This document shows positions 18,351-31,870 of a stretch of 64,000 nucleotides of DNA, piece by piece. This DNA comes from the human T2T-CHM13v2.0 reference genome, Homo sapiens, in the NCBI RefSeq assembly GCF_009914755.1, contig NC_060928.1; one strand, written 5' to 3'. Each line of letters begins with the position of its first letter. Position 1 is the stretch's first letter. The notes beneath the pieces were generated by a model. That model ran no database searches. It was not told where the DNA came from and was given only the letters and a program-made list of their open reading frames with translations. The position numbers were made by a program, and so were the translations under genes.

Positions 18351-18399
18351 ATATTGTATAGTGTTTTACTCTGCCAATTTGTTTTACAGAAAATCCTAA

Positions 18400-18880
18400 G
18401 TGGCCATCTCTTTAATATTTAGGCTCCCTCAGAGGTCAAAATGTGGCTTAGGACCGAGTTCCATTACACAGATGATGGAAGGAACCACACCAACTTAAGC
18501 ATCCAGGTCAGATACTTTTCCCAATGTAAGCCACACCCTGAGAGTATGGTTGAGTAAATGTGCTTTTGGGTGACACTTGACCAATGAAAGGAAAAAACGG
18601 AAGATAGCATGTAAGTTGGTATGCTCACATAGACTGTTTTGAGATGCAGAAAATTATTTCACACATTCAGAAGATATTTGGTGGCATTGAGGAACCAGTT
18701 ATGTTTTTTCTGACTCTTCAGGTCAGCTCAATAAGACAACAACTTCAATTTTCCTTCCCCTTCTCTGCTTTACTTTCCTGCTTCCCTCATTCTGGATTTT
18801 CTGGGATTGCTCACCCTAAATAAGTGTTAAATGCTATCTTTGTCTCAATATCTAGTTTCTAAGAACCTCAGATTGAGAAA
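18400..18880 (+). mobile_element. ERVL-class 3' LTR (LTR33/LTR16-like)
   Basis: Follows pol remnant; 'gaccaatgaaaggaaaaaacggaag', 'taaataag...tttgtctcaatatctagtttctaagaacc'. Confidence 0.5.
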
Positions 18881-19320
18881 AGATGGTGTGTTGACACATT
18901 CAAAGAGGTAGAGACGTTTTTGAAAGAGGTTTTTGAAAGAGGTTTTTTTTTTTTTTTTTCCTCTCTTTCCAGGATGAGCAGCTGAGCCACTGAAAGGCAG
19001 AGGGTTCAAAATTGCAACTTTCTCCAGCAACACTCAGGGTTTAGGGCTGAATCAAGTTTACCCATCAAAATGTATTATTCTACTATGTTGACTTTTTTTC
19101 TCAAAAATTCTTCTTTACTGTTTGACAGTCTATTTGCTATCAGGTGATCCACAGACTGTTATCAATACATGCGCATGTCTGAATTTTGTTTGTTGACATG
19201 GTCTAATTCTTCTCAATTGTACACCTGAGCTCAAACATATAAGAGACACGTTTACTGTCATAGAACATGACTATTAAGGAAACACTGATGTTTTAGCAGA
19301 AGAATGAAACCTTGTTAAAT

Positions 19321-19442
19321 ATTCTAACTGGTGTGAGATGATATCTCATTGTGGTTTTGATTTGCATTTCTCTGATGGCCAGTGATGATGAGCATTTTTT
19401 CATGTGTCTGTTGGCTGCATAAATGTCTTCTTAAAGTATAAT
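19321..19442. mobile_element. Tiny L1PA insertion: 112-bp antisense ORF2 piece fused to sense L1 terminus 'cttaaagtataat'
   Basis: 19321-19432 matches L1 ORF2 antisense (1 mismatch to 46182-46293 in this window); followed by the L1 3'-terminal motif. Confidence 0.8.
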
Positions 19443-19509
19443 ATATATATGTGTATATATATATATATGTGTGTGTATATATATATATGTGTGTGTATAT
19501 ATATATATA

Positions 19510-19540
<31 letters not shown>

Positions 19541-19541
19541 G
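19438..19541. repeat. Compound (TA)n/(TG)m microsatellite
   Basis: ~100 bp of alternating purine-pyrimidine in repeated TA/TG blocks. Confidence 0.95.
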
Positions 19542-19829
19542 ATACATAAAAAAAGAATAGAAATACTTCAGGGAAATCTTATCAGATACAACATCCTGGT
19601 GTGTTGGCTCCAGATGCTGTTAGTGTTAACAAAAATGGGACTTGTTTTTAACAATTGAGCTTCTATTGCTTTTGAAATTAAATGGATATATAATGAAATA
19701 TACAGTGGGCAAATATTTCTTTTGGATTATTAATGTCAAAAACTTAAGTCCTCTTAGACTTATTCTTAAATATATAATCATATCACATTTTGGAAAAGTT
19801 AAAAATAAATAAAATAGGTATCATTTGTT

Positions 19830-20015
19830 GATCATTTACTGTGTATCCAGAAGGTGCTTTATAAATGTTAGTTGTAATTTTCACAGTAACCCTTCAAGGT
19901 AAATAGTATTTTTCAAATTTTATGAGAGAAGACATAGAGGTTCAAAAAAGATTAGATCCTCACATAGCTAGTAAGTGGTAAAGTGAAGAACCAAATTCAG
20001 AGGTTTCCAACTCTA
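19830..20015 (-). mobile_element. MIR fragment
   Basis: 'tcacagtaacccttcaaggtaaatagt...ttttatgagagaagacatagaggttc...cacatagctagtaagtgg'. Confidence 0.65.
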
Positions 20016-23000
20016 AATTTTAATTGTACTATAATTCCATTCCAGGCTAACCATTGCTATGATACTTTTGTGTTTCCATAAATTAATTTTGGGGGGTAAT
20101 TAAAACTTTTTTTACATTGTGAATGAAAGATTTCTTAAAATTTGGTTTAAAAAATACTTTTCCCTTTGAATAGGAGAAAAGGAAAGAAATTGTTAGCCTC
20201 AACGTGGGAAAATAAGTATAAACTTTTAAAAATGATTACCTTATGCTAAAGAAAAAAGAGCAGTATTCATCCTAAACATCTTTTGACTAGAAATATGTTT
20301 TCAGTAAATTATCAGAGATGGTAAATTTTTATGAGATCAGATTGCAGACACCTTTTGAATTCTAATATTTGCTGAATTTTATTTTCCTAAGTAAAATAGA
20401 ACAGCTGAGTCACTGCAATTAGTCACCAAGTCTTCTGAATGGGTAATCAGAGGAGATAACCCAATGAAAACGAAGCTCCTGAGCTCATGTTGAGTGGAAC
20501 AACAAGTGAACAGTAGCCTATACTCTTATAGATGGTAGGGGAAAGAGAGCATCATCTAAGGACTGAGGTCCATCAGGGCACATCTTTTCTATGATTCTCT
20601 GCTTTTTATCTTGCAAACATGTGGACAGAGCTTTGAGTGTGATCCAACATCTCTGTACTCCATGCAGAATCACTAATATACACAGAGCTGTGATCCACTT
20701 TACATCCACAGGTAGAATATAAAGGCTATATGAGTAGCCCGCACTGCAACCAAGAGTAGGAGAAGTGAGTGGGTAGTTGTAAACATTTTTCTTTGTCTAC
20801 TATACACAACTAACAAATCTATCTTCTTTTTAAAAGGGCATGGTTTGATTGTTCAATTTGCAGGTAGGTTGTCTTAAACTTAGAAGGCTATCTTTAAATT
20901 TAAATTTATATTAGAAGTTATTTTGCAACGTATACTGCCTATATTATTTGGTGGTCTGCTATGTTTTATATAATGTTTTCTATGTTGCTACTGTGACCAC
21001 AGTCATCATTTTAATGGCGCCATATGATTGAAGTTTTGTTTATATAATTACATTAATGAAAAATGTTTAATTGCTATTGTGGCCTTTCAACCACCACTAA
21101 ATTTTCTTTTTTGAACCTCATTGGATGGGACTTTCATCTGTTTGCAATAATCAGTTTATATCCTGAGAGATTTAGAGAAAAGGAAATATTGATTATGTGC
21201 ATATTGGCTATGTGCATACTATTTAAAAAGGTTTAAAAAACTGTACGAGAAGAGATCTTTTTTGCCCTTGATGGCTACTTTTCTACATATAATATAATTT
21301 CATAAATATATACCTCATTCCATCACATTTTTCTTGGGCTTGGCATAAATTAGAGTACAGTAATGTATTTTTTTTTTCAGAAGAAAGTATAATTAAAACA
21401 AAAATTCCATACTGGCTTACCAAGACACAAAAATATTAGTCCACTAGGACTGCCAACACAAAAATGTTGCATTGATTATATTATGTTTGGCTTTGTATAC
21501 TATTTTTTGGCTATAAGATTTTACAGGTACCAATATTCAGATAATAATACAAATTCTATTTTTTCAGATGTTTCTGACCAAAATATTTTTGATATATTAT
21601 TCATATAATCATTTTAGTACTTGCTTATGTAAATGTATTATTGGATCATAACTAAAGTTGGATTCATTCAGGGTTTTGTTTATTTTGTTGGTTAGATGTT
21701 AAGCAGTATTTCAAATGATATTTGATCCCAAAGCTATATAATGTTTAATGTCAACATCCATACAAAATAAAATTATCTGATTTCATACATTGTTATATTT
21801 ACAGTTGCCTAACAGATTATTTTGAATCAATTAAGGAGCTCAATTAGCAATTTATATACCCCAAAGTGATTTTATATATTAAAATATAAAACCTCATGTA
21901 AAAGCATTTAATATTTGCTCTTTGAAAATATATTTCAGTGTCTATTCAGCTATGTTTATTCATACAATAAGCTGTAGCACAAATCAAAAATCAGAAAGCA
22001 ATAAAAATCAATTAATTTTAGATGGACGTATTTTTTCAGGTCAAAAGCAAGAACACAATATATCACCAAAGAAATGCCAGACAGTTGATTGATTGTTTTG
22101 CATGTTGCATGTGGGACCTAGATTAGTATAACATCAAATAGTAGTTGGGAAAAATTAATAACAGAATGTTAAATAGCGGAAGTAAATAACAGAAAATTAG
22201 ATAATAGAATGACTAAAAACTAACACAATGTTGACTGATAGCAAAAAGATCACATACAGTCTATTCATTTCTTTTAAATTCAATTTAGAGACGAGTTGTG
22301 GTATATGACCCAAATTATGTATTTGTATTTGAATCTATACATTGTAATGACATATTTATAAAATAATTTCCTGAATTACATTGCTGACTACTAAATTTTT
22401 TAATCTAAAAAAAAGTCTCAGTTTTCTGTAACCCTTGTGTCTATGTGCAGTGGCAGACCTGGAATGACACGAGAGAGCAGATGGTAAGGGATGATGTTGG
22501 TCAGAGTATCATGCTTGCAATGCCTGGTGGCATCCCCACAAATCAAGATTTCAAGATTACATGTCACTTCTGATACAGGGAGACCTTATGGCAGTCAAAA
22601 TTCCATGAAATTTAAAAGAAGTCATCCATGTAATGACACTATCCTGGTGTTATTAATATTATAGATTTTAGGATGATATTTTCCACTCAAGCATTGTGAA
22701 CTACAGTCCACCTGATACTACTGTGACCTCTACCAGAAATGTCTGGTGCAAAGTAATGTACAAGCTTCTAAGATTGTTCACTTGTTTATTTTTCCCATAG
22801 CTCCAGATTACACAGTAAATTCTGCTGACACTTGCCAAGAAGTCTTACTCCATCACAATGATCCTCAGTTGAAGTTTTCAGATAGATGATAAAATGGGGC
22901 AAAAAATGTGAATTCCTTGAAGATGCAATAGCGAAAGCAGTGTGCTCAATTGTGTATATTCTGGCTCTACATAAAAGGTCAGCAAAATCATGCTCACAAT

Positions 23001-23076
23001 GATCAATAGAATGACTGTTAGTGATAGTTTTTTGGAACAGTCTCGAGAGTCCTATCCTATTATCTAAGTATAATAA

Positions 23077-23232
23077 TTATTATTTTTTTTTAATTATTAT
23101 ACTTTAAGTTTTAGGGTACATGTGCACATTGTGCAGGTTAGTTACATATGTGTACATGTGCCATGCTGGTGCGCTGCACCCACTAACTCATCATCTAGCA
23201 TTAGGTATATCTCCCAATGCTATCCCTCCCCC
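23077..23232 (-). mobile_element. 5'-truncated L1PA2-like 3' end (~150 bp)
   Basis: 'tatactttaagttttagggtacatgtgcacattgtgcaggttagttac...cactaactcatcatctagcattagg'; GAG-type and A at the terminal diagnostic site; truncated in the G-rich tract. Confidence 0.9.
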
Positions 23233-24489
23233 AATAACCCTCTTTTACTGTCACATTCTGTGTTGAATGGAAAATAATTATTTAAACACTCTACTTACAA
23301 GACTGTCTTTAATTTCTCCTATCCGTGTTTCATAGCCTGAAACTACAAAGGCCTCTGGTTTCCTCCGTAGGAGAATTCTATTCAGTGCTCTATCTCTTTC
23401 ATGAGTGTTCTGGAAATTTAAGGCAGACCTCAAAGTTTTGTTGTCTTCCTTCATATATAGAAACCCAATTTTAACATCTCAATCACGTGATAGATTAGAA
23501 TAGGACTTAGCCATTAGAATAGGCGCTAACCTAACATTAACTTTCAGCCTTTATATGTAATAGTGGCTGTACTTTTTCTCTTAGAGATGGCTTAAACTTT
23601 CTAACCAACTATATAATTTATTATTTATAACCTTCATTTTCTTACCCCATGTAGTTTTCAAGAAGGCAGGAGGTTTTAGGCTTTTTTTCTAGTTTTGTCA
23701 CCGCATTTCTTAGTTATTGAAACAAAGTTCATGTAGTATTTGCTTAATAAATATTTGTTAAGAGAAGATAAATAATGGCTGGCTTTGGGTCATTAGTTTT
23801 CTTAGTTATGAGAAGTAAGTGTGATAAGGTGTAAGTTTTTGAACTATAACAGGTCCTAAATAACTGTGTGTCTTCCTTCTTCCTAAAGCACTTGCAAGCA
23901 GTGTTTAATATGTTTTTGTTAACAAAAAAAGTTTAGCAGATATTTTTGGCTTCTACCATGACATGTATTTTGTTAAATTTATCTCCTATTTTTTATTATA
24001 TAAGTCACTCTGATTATTTCTCCTAAATTTAAACTTTAAACATGTTCGAGTTCATTAAAATATTGACAGCATAGGGAATTCTGTACTTTAAAGAAAGAAG
24101 AATTTATGCCATAAAAGTTCCTATGGTATTTCCACAAATATGCTCAAAATAAACCAGGTGACACATTGTACTAAAATATTGTCTCCTAGACAAATTTGTC
24201 AGTCTTACACTTTACTTGGATCTAAAAAACGAGTGAGAAAATTAGATTAGCATAAAAGTTTTGCTCTCTACAGAATTGGCAAAGCCTGTTCCCAAAACTA
24301 GTTCAGGAGTATAACTCAGATGGTTTTTTTAATATCTCCAATGCTATAGAATAAATATATAAGTACATTTTAGATTCTTTATAAAACTGATCTCTGGTAT
24401 TGCCTAAATCTCTCACCTTACCTGTTGCACTACAATTAAAGGTTTGGGGTATAAGTACTAACTAGGGAGTTTTTCTTCAGTACAAAATT

Positions 24490-25140
24490 TCTGAATGGTA
24501 AATAGGAAAATACTACTGTAAAAAAATCAAAGACAAATAGCAAACTAGAAAAAATACTGCTTGAAAGGATACAACAAATTGCCAATTTTCTTAATTTTAG
24601 AAATAGGGCAACTCATTCAAACAGGAAAAAAAATACCAAGTACAACAATACACACACTATATGAAGATATAATTTTAAAAAAAATGTTGTCTGTAAGCAT
24701 ATGAACACATGGTCAATTTGTGTATAAGTAAAGGATTGAAAATGAAAACAATAAGAAGTGATTTTCACCAATATGGTTTAAAATATGAAAATGTTGCTGA
24801 TACACAATGCTGTTTAAGTTGTAGGGAAATGTGGGAAAATTGAATACACCCCTAAACTTCTGATAGTAAAATAACTTTGAATGGATTTTGAAAAACAATT
24901 TTTAATAATTTAGTGTGGAGCACAATTCATCATAATACTTCATTTTTTTATCAGCTGCCTTAAAGAATCAATTACATATGTGCACAAGCAGCTTGTGAAA
25001 AGTTTACATTGCAACATCATTTACATTGCCTAAAAACTGGAAACATACTTGATATTAATCACTAGGCATTTGTTAAAATACATGAAACAGCAAATAATCA
25101 TCCAAAAGAACAGGGTAATTGTGTATGCGTTGATAGAGAA
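24490..25140 (+). mobile_element. Very old L1ME-type ORF2/3' fragment
   Basis: Degenerate 'aagcatatgaacacatggtcaatt...aaaaactggaaacatacttgatatt'. Confidence 0.55.
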
Positions 25141-25794
25141 TCACGTCTAATCTAAATTCAGTAAGTTTGATAATGAATACATATTAATCAATATACATAT
25201 GAGTTATATTAATATAATCATTGATTATTATAATGTATGACATAACATATGTTGCTAATAATTCTACTTTAATCGTTAATTATATTATTATAATTATTTA
25301 AATAATACATGATTATTGATAAAATTAATAATTTAATAAAATAATTTAAGGAAAATTATTTTATATGTTCCAGAGACTATAATGAAGCTTTTATAATAAT
25401 CTTCTAATGTATTCATACAATATCCCTAAAATGTAGTTTATTCATTTTACAGAAGAGGAAACTAAAGTTTTTTAAAACATTTATTTCAGTGGGGGTGGAT
25501 GAAACTTACTCATGATAACAGGTGAAAATTTTACAGCAACTACTTTCATTGCAAGTGATACTGGATCACTATGACATACTTTCTTAGGTATCTGTTATGA
25601 TTCCCAGTCTGATTCAAAAACTCAATTCTACATTGAGGTGCTGACGCCACAGTGTCATAATTAATATACAGTTAAAGTATTTTGATATGTGATACACTTG
25701 ACATTTAATACTCCACATGTATTAGAATAAGAACCAGTTGAGATTTTAATGGAATCTCAATTGGATAGATTAGTGTTTGAAGAGATGTTATATA

Positions 25795-26299
25795 CAAAGT
25801 TGATTCTTAGCAACATGAGAGTTGGAGTGCTAACCCCTGTACAGTAAAAAATCTGCCCATTACCGTTTACTCTCTGAAAACTTAACTACTAATAGCCTAC
25901 TGTTGACTGGAAGCCTTATTGATAATATAGACAGTTGATTAACACATATTTTATATATTATACATATTATATACTATATTCTTACAATAAAGTAAGGTAG
26001 AGAAAAGAATGCTATTAAGAAAATCATAAAAAAGAGAAAATATATTTACTATTTATTAAGTGGAAATGGATCATCGCAAGGGCTTCTATTCTTGTTGTCT
26101 TCATGGTAATTGGGCTAAGGAGAATGAGGAAGAGGAGGGGTTGGTCTTACTGTCTCAGGGGTGGCAGAAGCCAAAGAGGAAGAGGAAGTAAAAGATGAGA
26201 CAGTGGATGCAGACACATTTGGTGTACCTGCTACTGAAAAACATGTGCATGTAAGTGGACTTACGAAGTTCAATCCCATGTTGTGAATGGATCAACTGT
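25795..26299. mobile_element. Tigger2a/2b-like non-autonomous Tc1/mariner DNA transposon
   Basis: Terminal inverted repeats 'agttgattcttagcaacatg' / 'catgttgtgaatggatcaactg', flanking TA, internal 'aacttaactactaatagcctactgttgactggaagcctta'. Confidence 0.85.
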
Positions 26300-27457
26300 A
26301 TACTTTTGCATCTTTCCATATTGAGTCATCATATGGATCCATTTAGTCAAGTCTTTGTTGTCATTGTTCTTTTTCTTCTTGATAATGATCTTGTACATTT
26401 ATCGTAAAGTAGATGTCTAGATATTTTATATTTATGTTTTTATAATATCTATTATAATTTGCCTTTTGTTATAACAAAAGGAGTAATTATAATTTTTTAA
26501 ACTAAAAGCTAAATGTTTAGTTTCACATAATATATTCTTGTTGTAGAAATGCAAATAATAAATAAAATTTAAAGCCTTGATCTCCAGGGCCAAATCCAAT
26601 TATCTCTTCAAATACATATACTCTTCTTGCTCTTGTTTTAAAGAGTAGCTCTTATATATATTTCCTTACAGAAAGGTTTAGTAAGTTTTATCTGTGTGTG
26701 TTTTACATAAATAAGACAATGTGCATTTTTCAAAAAATTGTCTTTTTAAAAAGAGCCAAGTAAATTACTACTTGGTATTTTTTTAAAAACTATGTCACAG
26801 ACTATTTAGCTATTCTCTTTTTAGAGACATTTAGAGCCATTTATTCATTTATTCATATTGAAGCAAGTCTTTATGGACTAAAAATAAGTAGACCTTATCA
26901 CACATAATTGAATCACTGGAAAAGCAAAAATAACATTCTTTATAAACATACATGTATAAACAATATACCCCAAATTCTAGAGAAATAAACTCACAAACTT
27001 GCTTTCTCCACTCAGAACTACAGACCAGAAACCCAGAAATATTGTCCATTTGTTTCATTTTCCTCACTCTTTCTAGTATTCACCTTCAATTATCATTCTT
27101 TTCATGCACTTAACTTCTCTTCTGTCCAGACCCTAAACCCCTTCCTCTAGGATTTTGCCTTTGCCTGATTGTGCTTTCTAACTCTGGAATGCTTTGCTTC
27201 AATACTCTTTCCGCTGAACTTCTAGTTTCTGTCTCTGATTTCATATACACAGTTGACAGAGTAATATTTTAAAAACAAAAAAGGAAATAAAGAGACATCA
27301 TGTTACTTCTTTGCTAAACACTTAACTTGTTTCTTGCTTCTGCTTATTTTTCCTATTAGTTATTTAAATAGGCACAGACTTCTTAGTATGCTATTCTTTG
27401 TGCTTCCTCTGTTATATGTTGATGTCTCACTAAGCTCTAGCTATTTTGTTTGTGTGC

Positions 27458-27636
27458 CCCAAACAGTGGTTCATGGACTGGCAGCATCAACACTTCTTGG
27501 GGACTTGAGGGAGGCAAATTTTCAGTTTGTAGGTTAGCCCTACTGAATCAGAACAGAGGGTGTGAGGTCTTGGCATCTATGTTTTAAGAAGCCTTCCAGG
27601 TGACTCTTACGCACACTACAGTTAGAGAACTATTGC
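27458..27636. mobile_element. MER5A
   Basis: 'ggactggcagcatcaacac...tactgaatcagaac...tgttttaagaagccttccaggtgactc...gttagagaactattg'. Confidence 0.8.
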
Positions 27637-28691
27637 ATTTATCTATAATTATCTGTTTTTCTCATAATATTCATGCTGCTTCACCTGAGTGCTTTGTTTA
27701 ATTCACATTTGCTTTCTTACCTACCGTTTTCTCTCCTACTTGTTTCCTCCCTTATTCTTTCTAAAACTCCTCTTGTTTGAAGTCTACTCCTCTTTCAAGA
27801 TGCAGATCCTGCTCTACTCCTTTAGGGAGCTTTTGTGGTCACTCCCAGGTAAAATGAGGTACTTCCTCCTTTCCAGACCTTCTCACCAACTGCATAAATG
27901 TTTCAAAACTACTACACTTTCTTGAGCCATGTACTCATTTATCTTTTATTAGAAAGAAATCACCTCATTCTTTATGGTGTCTCTATCACTCGCTACAGTG
28001 TCAAACAAATATTAGGCATTGATTACATGCTACTTGACATAATTAATGGAAAAAATTAAACTGCTATATTATACTAAGTTTTGACTTCATGGAAATGATA
28101 GAGTAGGAAATAAATTAACTTGTTTGTTTGTTTCTTACTACTGCAACTGTCCAAAAAATTGGACTGAAATAAATTCAAGGTTATGAAATAATCTCTGAAG
28201 TGTTATAATTTATGGCACCATGGCAAACCTGGTCAAAGAAGGTAAGTGGAAGTACAATTAAATATGGAACATAATTTTTAATAGACTGAGATATTTAAGG
28301 TCCATTCGAGTCTCCATGTGAGTCCACAAAGCATACCAAGCCCATCTGTTGTCTTCATACTTTATTCAATAGCTATCAATGGATGCCAATGTGGAGTTAC
28401 TACTTTGATATGAGCCTTAGCACAAAAGGCTTTAAATAATTAAAAATGATAGAATTGGGACAGACTGCTAAACATAAACAGAAGGATAAAAAGACATCTG
28501 GTATAATTAACAGTGAGTAAAGCAGGTTTAACTAGCTTGAGTACAAAGTACATTGAAACATCATGAAAAACTGAGAAACTTCTGTCGAGAGATAATTTTA
28601 CTGATATGTAACTTAAAATATTTCTCTTCAATTGCATTTTTATTAATTGGGACATTTCCATAAAATGGGGTATATAGTTTTTAGATTGAAC

Positions 28692-28825
28692 CTGCTCCTG
28701 CTGCTTGTTTCTCAGTTGAAGGCATAATCCTTTGTTTGTGACTATGAAATTGGCTTATGTAGAGATGATTATGATGTACATTCAGAGAATTGTGACTTCA
28801 GGTGAGAAATAAGCAGCAGGAACAG
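28692..28825. repeat. Long imperfect inverted repeat (hairpin); probable ancient palindromic MITE (MER135-like, from memory)
   Basis: 37-nt arms 28692-28728 and 28789-28825 are reverse complements with 6 differences; pairing continues inward. Confidence 0.75.
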
Positions 28826-29337
28826 ATGAACTCTTAGCAACAGAGAAGCTATTTTCATGCAAATATCCCCACAGTGGCAGAAAGATGAGAAAAGAGAATT
28901 ACAGAACACAGAAGGCTTACAAAAATATTATTTCATAATATTGAATGATTTCTCTATGTGTTTATGTAGAAGAATCGATCAACACATTTTTAGAAATATA
29001 TTTGAATGTCTCTATAAATACCATTAAACCACTTCTCTAGGAGAAATTACATTTGCTTGTTTCTGTTACTAAATGAAATATACTATCAGCAGGCATGCAT
29101 TTTCAGTTAGTTGAAAATCATAACTAGGAACAGGTCTCTAGTTTAAGCATTTAGATTTCAGGAAGCAAATTCACTCAGTAAAATGAGAACTGATATATGG
29201 TTGTTGAGCTGTTTTTGTGTTGACTGTTTTGTATAACAGTCTGTTTTTAAGAAAGGAAATAAAGAAAGGGAAGGCATAATCATTCAAACTAGGGATAAAT
29301 GTACACACTGTTCAAATTAAAACAAATTTAGATAATC

Positions 29338-29658
29338 AGCTTGGCACGGTGGCTCAAGCCTGTAATCCCAACACTTTGGAAGGCTAAGGCGGGTTGATCA
29401 CTTGAAGCCAGGAGTTCAAGATCAGTCTGGCCAACGTGGCGAAACCCCGTCTCCACAAAAATACAAAAATTAGATGAGCGTGTTGGTACAAGCTTGTAAT
29501 CCCAGCTACAGGGAGGCTGAGGCATGAGACTCCCTTGAACCCAGGAGGCAGAGGTTTCAGTGAGCCAAGATCTTGCTACTGCACTCCAGCCTGGCTGAAA
29601 GAACAAGACTCTGTATAAAAATAAATAAATAAATACATAAATACATAAATAAATAAAA
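29338..29658 (+). mobile_element. Full-length older Alu (Sz/Jb-like)
   Basis: 'gatcacttgaagccaggagttcaagatcagtctggccaac'; (TAAA/TACA)n tail. Confidence 0.93.
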
Positions 29659-30052
29659 TGAACAGATTTTGCAGACTAAACCTTAATGATGTTTTAGAAC
29701 TGATTTAACCCTTGCCATCTGTCATTTCTTTGTCAACGGGAATACATAAGGAAGTCAATTAATTATAATATCTGTCATATGTTATTATGATTTCTAGATA
29801 AAGTATCAAGAAAGTATGCAATTATGTTGTAGAAGAAAAAAACAACATAATGTTCATTATTTTAATCCTGCAATATTTTGTTGGTAAATTAGTTCATCAT
29901 AGATGTAGGTTATTGGCCTATATAAGAACTGGGAGCTTTAATTTTATCTATAAAAGTGGTATAATATCACTTATTTCTGGCCATACCCAATTCCTTCCAA
30001 TTGAACCCAAAGATGGGACTCAGGTATTAATCACAGATCAAATGGCACCATG

Positions 30053-30295
30053 ATGGAGCATGGTTAAGAGCTAGGATACAGAGACAGCGTGCCTAAAACA
30101 AATCTGGGGTCTGCCACGTGCTGACTGTGTGATTTTGGAAAGATTCCAACTCTTCCTGTGCCTCAGTTATCTTAACCACAAAACAAGAACCAAAACAATA
30201 TCTATCCCAGAGAACTGGTCTGAAAACTAAATGAATTAATATCTGTAAAGTACTTTGAATAGCTCCTAACTAATTTTAAGAAGCAAAGAAGTATT
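30053..30295 (+). mobile_element. MIR
   Basis: 'gcatggttaagagc...tctgccacgtgctgactgtgtgattttgg...ctgtgcctcagtt...aaatgaattaatatctgtaaagtactt'. Confidence 0.75.
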
Positions 30296-31279
30296 ATTGA
30301 AAGGCAATGCATACGTGTGTGTATAAAATAAAAGCATGTGTGTTCACAGCATAGAAGATATATTAAATGATAATAAGTAGTTTAATCTGAACTCCAGGCA
30401 AAAGGAAATTGAGATGCCAGGTCCTCAGAAGAATTCTGAGTGTGTGTCTTTAAATGTTACAGTGCTGGAAATAGGGAAACTGATGCAGTTCAAAGACTAA
30501 GTAGATGGAAAACAGTGATGAAGGCTGTTCATAATGCTGCAAGGTAAGAGCTCAGCTCAAAAGAAAGGCCTCTGCAGTGAGTTAGCCCTTATTAGGTTGT
30601 AAGGAGTTGAATATAACCAGACGGTACAAATGGAGAAATGGAATATGCCTTCTTCTGAAACAGTTGTCAAACTTCAGCATGTGCTTCATACAGCAACAAC
30701 AGAAGACAAAGGGAAAATTCCACCACACAAGCACATTTCAAAGCTTTGATTTCATCATATTTACCGATTGGTTGAAGAAAGTTTTATTGTCTGGTCTATC
30801 AAAAGTACTGTGCACATTGAAGGGAAATTGGAAAACTCTCTCTCTCTCTGTCTCTATCCCCCTCCTCTCTCTCTTGCTGTCTCCTTTATGTATGAGATGT
30901 TTTATTTGATATGCTTTCTTATACTAGCCATAGCTAATCTTCTACATTTCTAGCTTCTATTCTTGTTGCATATGAATTTTTCTCATATCTTCAAGGTTGT
31001 AGATGTGCTACCATCAATCAATGTTAGAAAAGGTTAATTTCATTTTGTTCTTATAGGTAATCTGGAGCATCCCTTCACTAGTAAGATTTACAGTATGCAA
31101 TGTTTGGCCCTGCATACCTAGATATAATAAATTTTCTATGTCAAATAAAGAGTCTTTTACCTACATTTCCAGTTGTTTTCATGTCCTTTTTCTATTAATC
31201 ATTACAACACCTTACCGACCTTTACTTTTTATTTTGTTTGAGTGTTTTCATGTTTCTGATTATTTTCTGGTTTATGTCA

Positions 31280-31870
31280 TTTATTTGGATTGTTAGAAAT
31301 TTATTGGGTACCTACATTTTACTGGGTACTAAGATATTACATCAGGTTCTAAATATTCAATTGTGAATAATGGAGGCATGGTGCCTGCTTCAAAATGCTT
31401 ACAGGTCAATGGGAAGATAGACAATGAAACAACTGAACATGAATGAAACTATAATCATAAAATTTGTTTAGTACCATTGAAGATGTGTTTGAGTAGAAGA
31501 AACCGTCTCTCTGTGAAAGTAGTATTTTAGCATACATTTGAAGGAGTCATATGGAGAAGGAGTCAGATGTGAAGATTTGCAGAACATTTCATGGAGGAAG
31601 TAGCAAATATAAACCTCTCAAGTGGGAAAGAGTTTGACCTCCCCCTTCTCCCATTCCCATTGTTTTTTATTTAAATTTATAAAATAAAGTCAATATTTTT
31701 AGATAATAATGTTCAAAGAAATGTGGAAAGTATGAGATTAGGGAGGTATGCATGATCCAGATAAAATAAGATTTTCTGATCTACACTATGAATGGTACAG
31801 TGGGGAACTATACCCCACTGTACCCATATAATGGTACAGTGGAGAACTATGTAAATGGATTAAGAGAAGA
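31280..31870 (-). mobile_element. L2 fragment
   Basis: 'atttattgggtacctac...catggtgcctgcttcaaaatgcttacagg...gggaagatagac' L2 3' end antisense. Confidence 0.6.

Noticed and set aside
20406-20412. AP-1 site TGAGTCA and nearby splice-like signals (20713-20770)
   Set aside because: Single short motifs are expected by chance in 64 kb.
25170-25350. AT-rich quasi-palindromic tract
   Set aside because: Low-complexity sequence; self-complementarity follows from composition.
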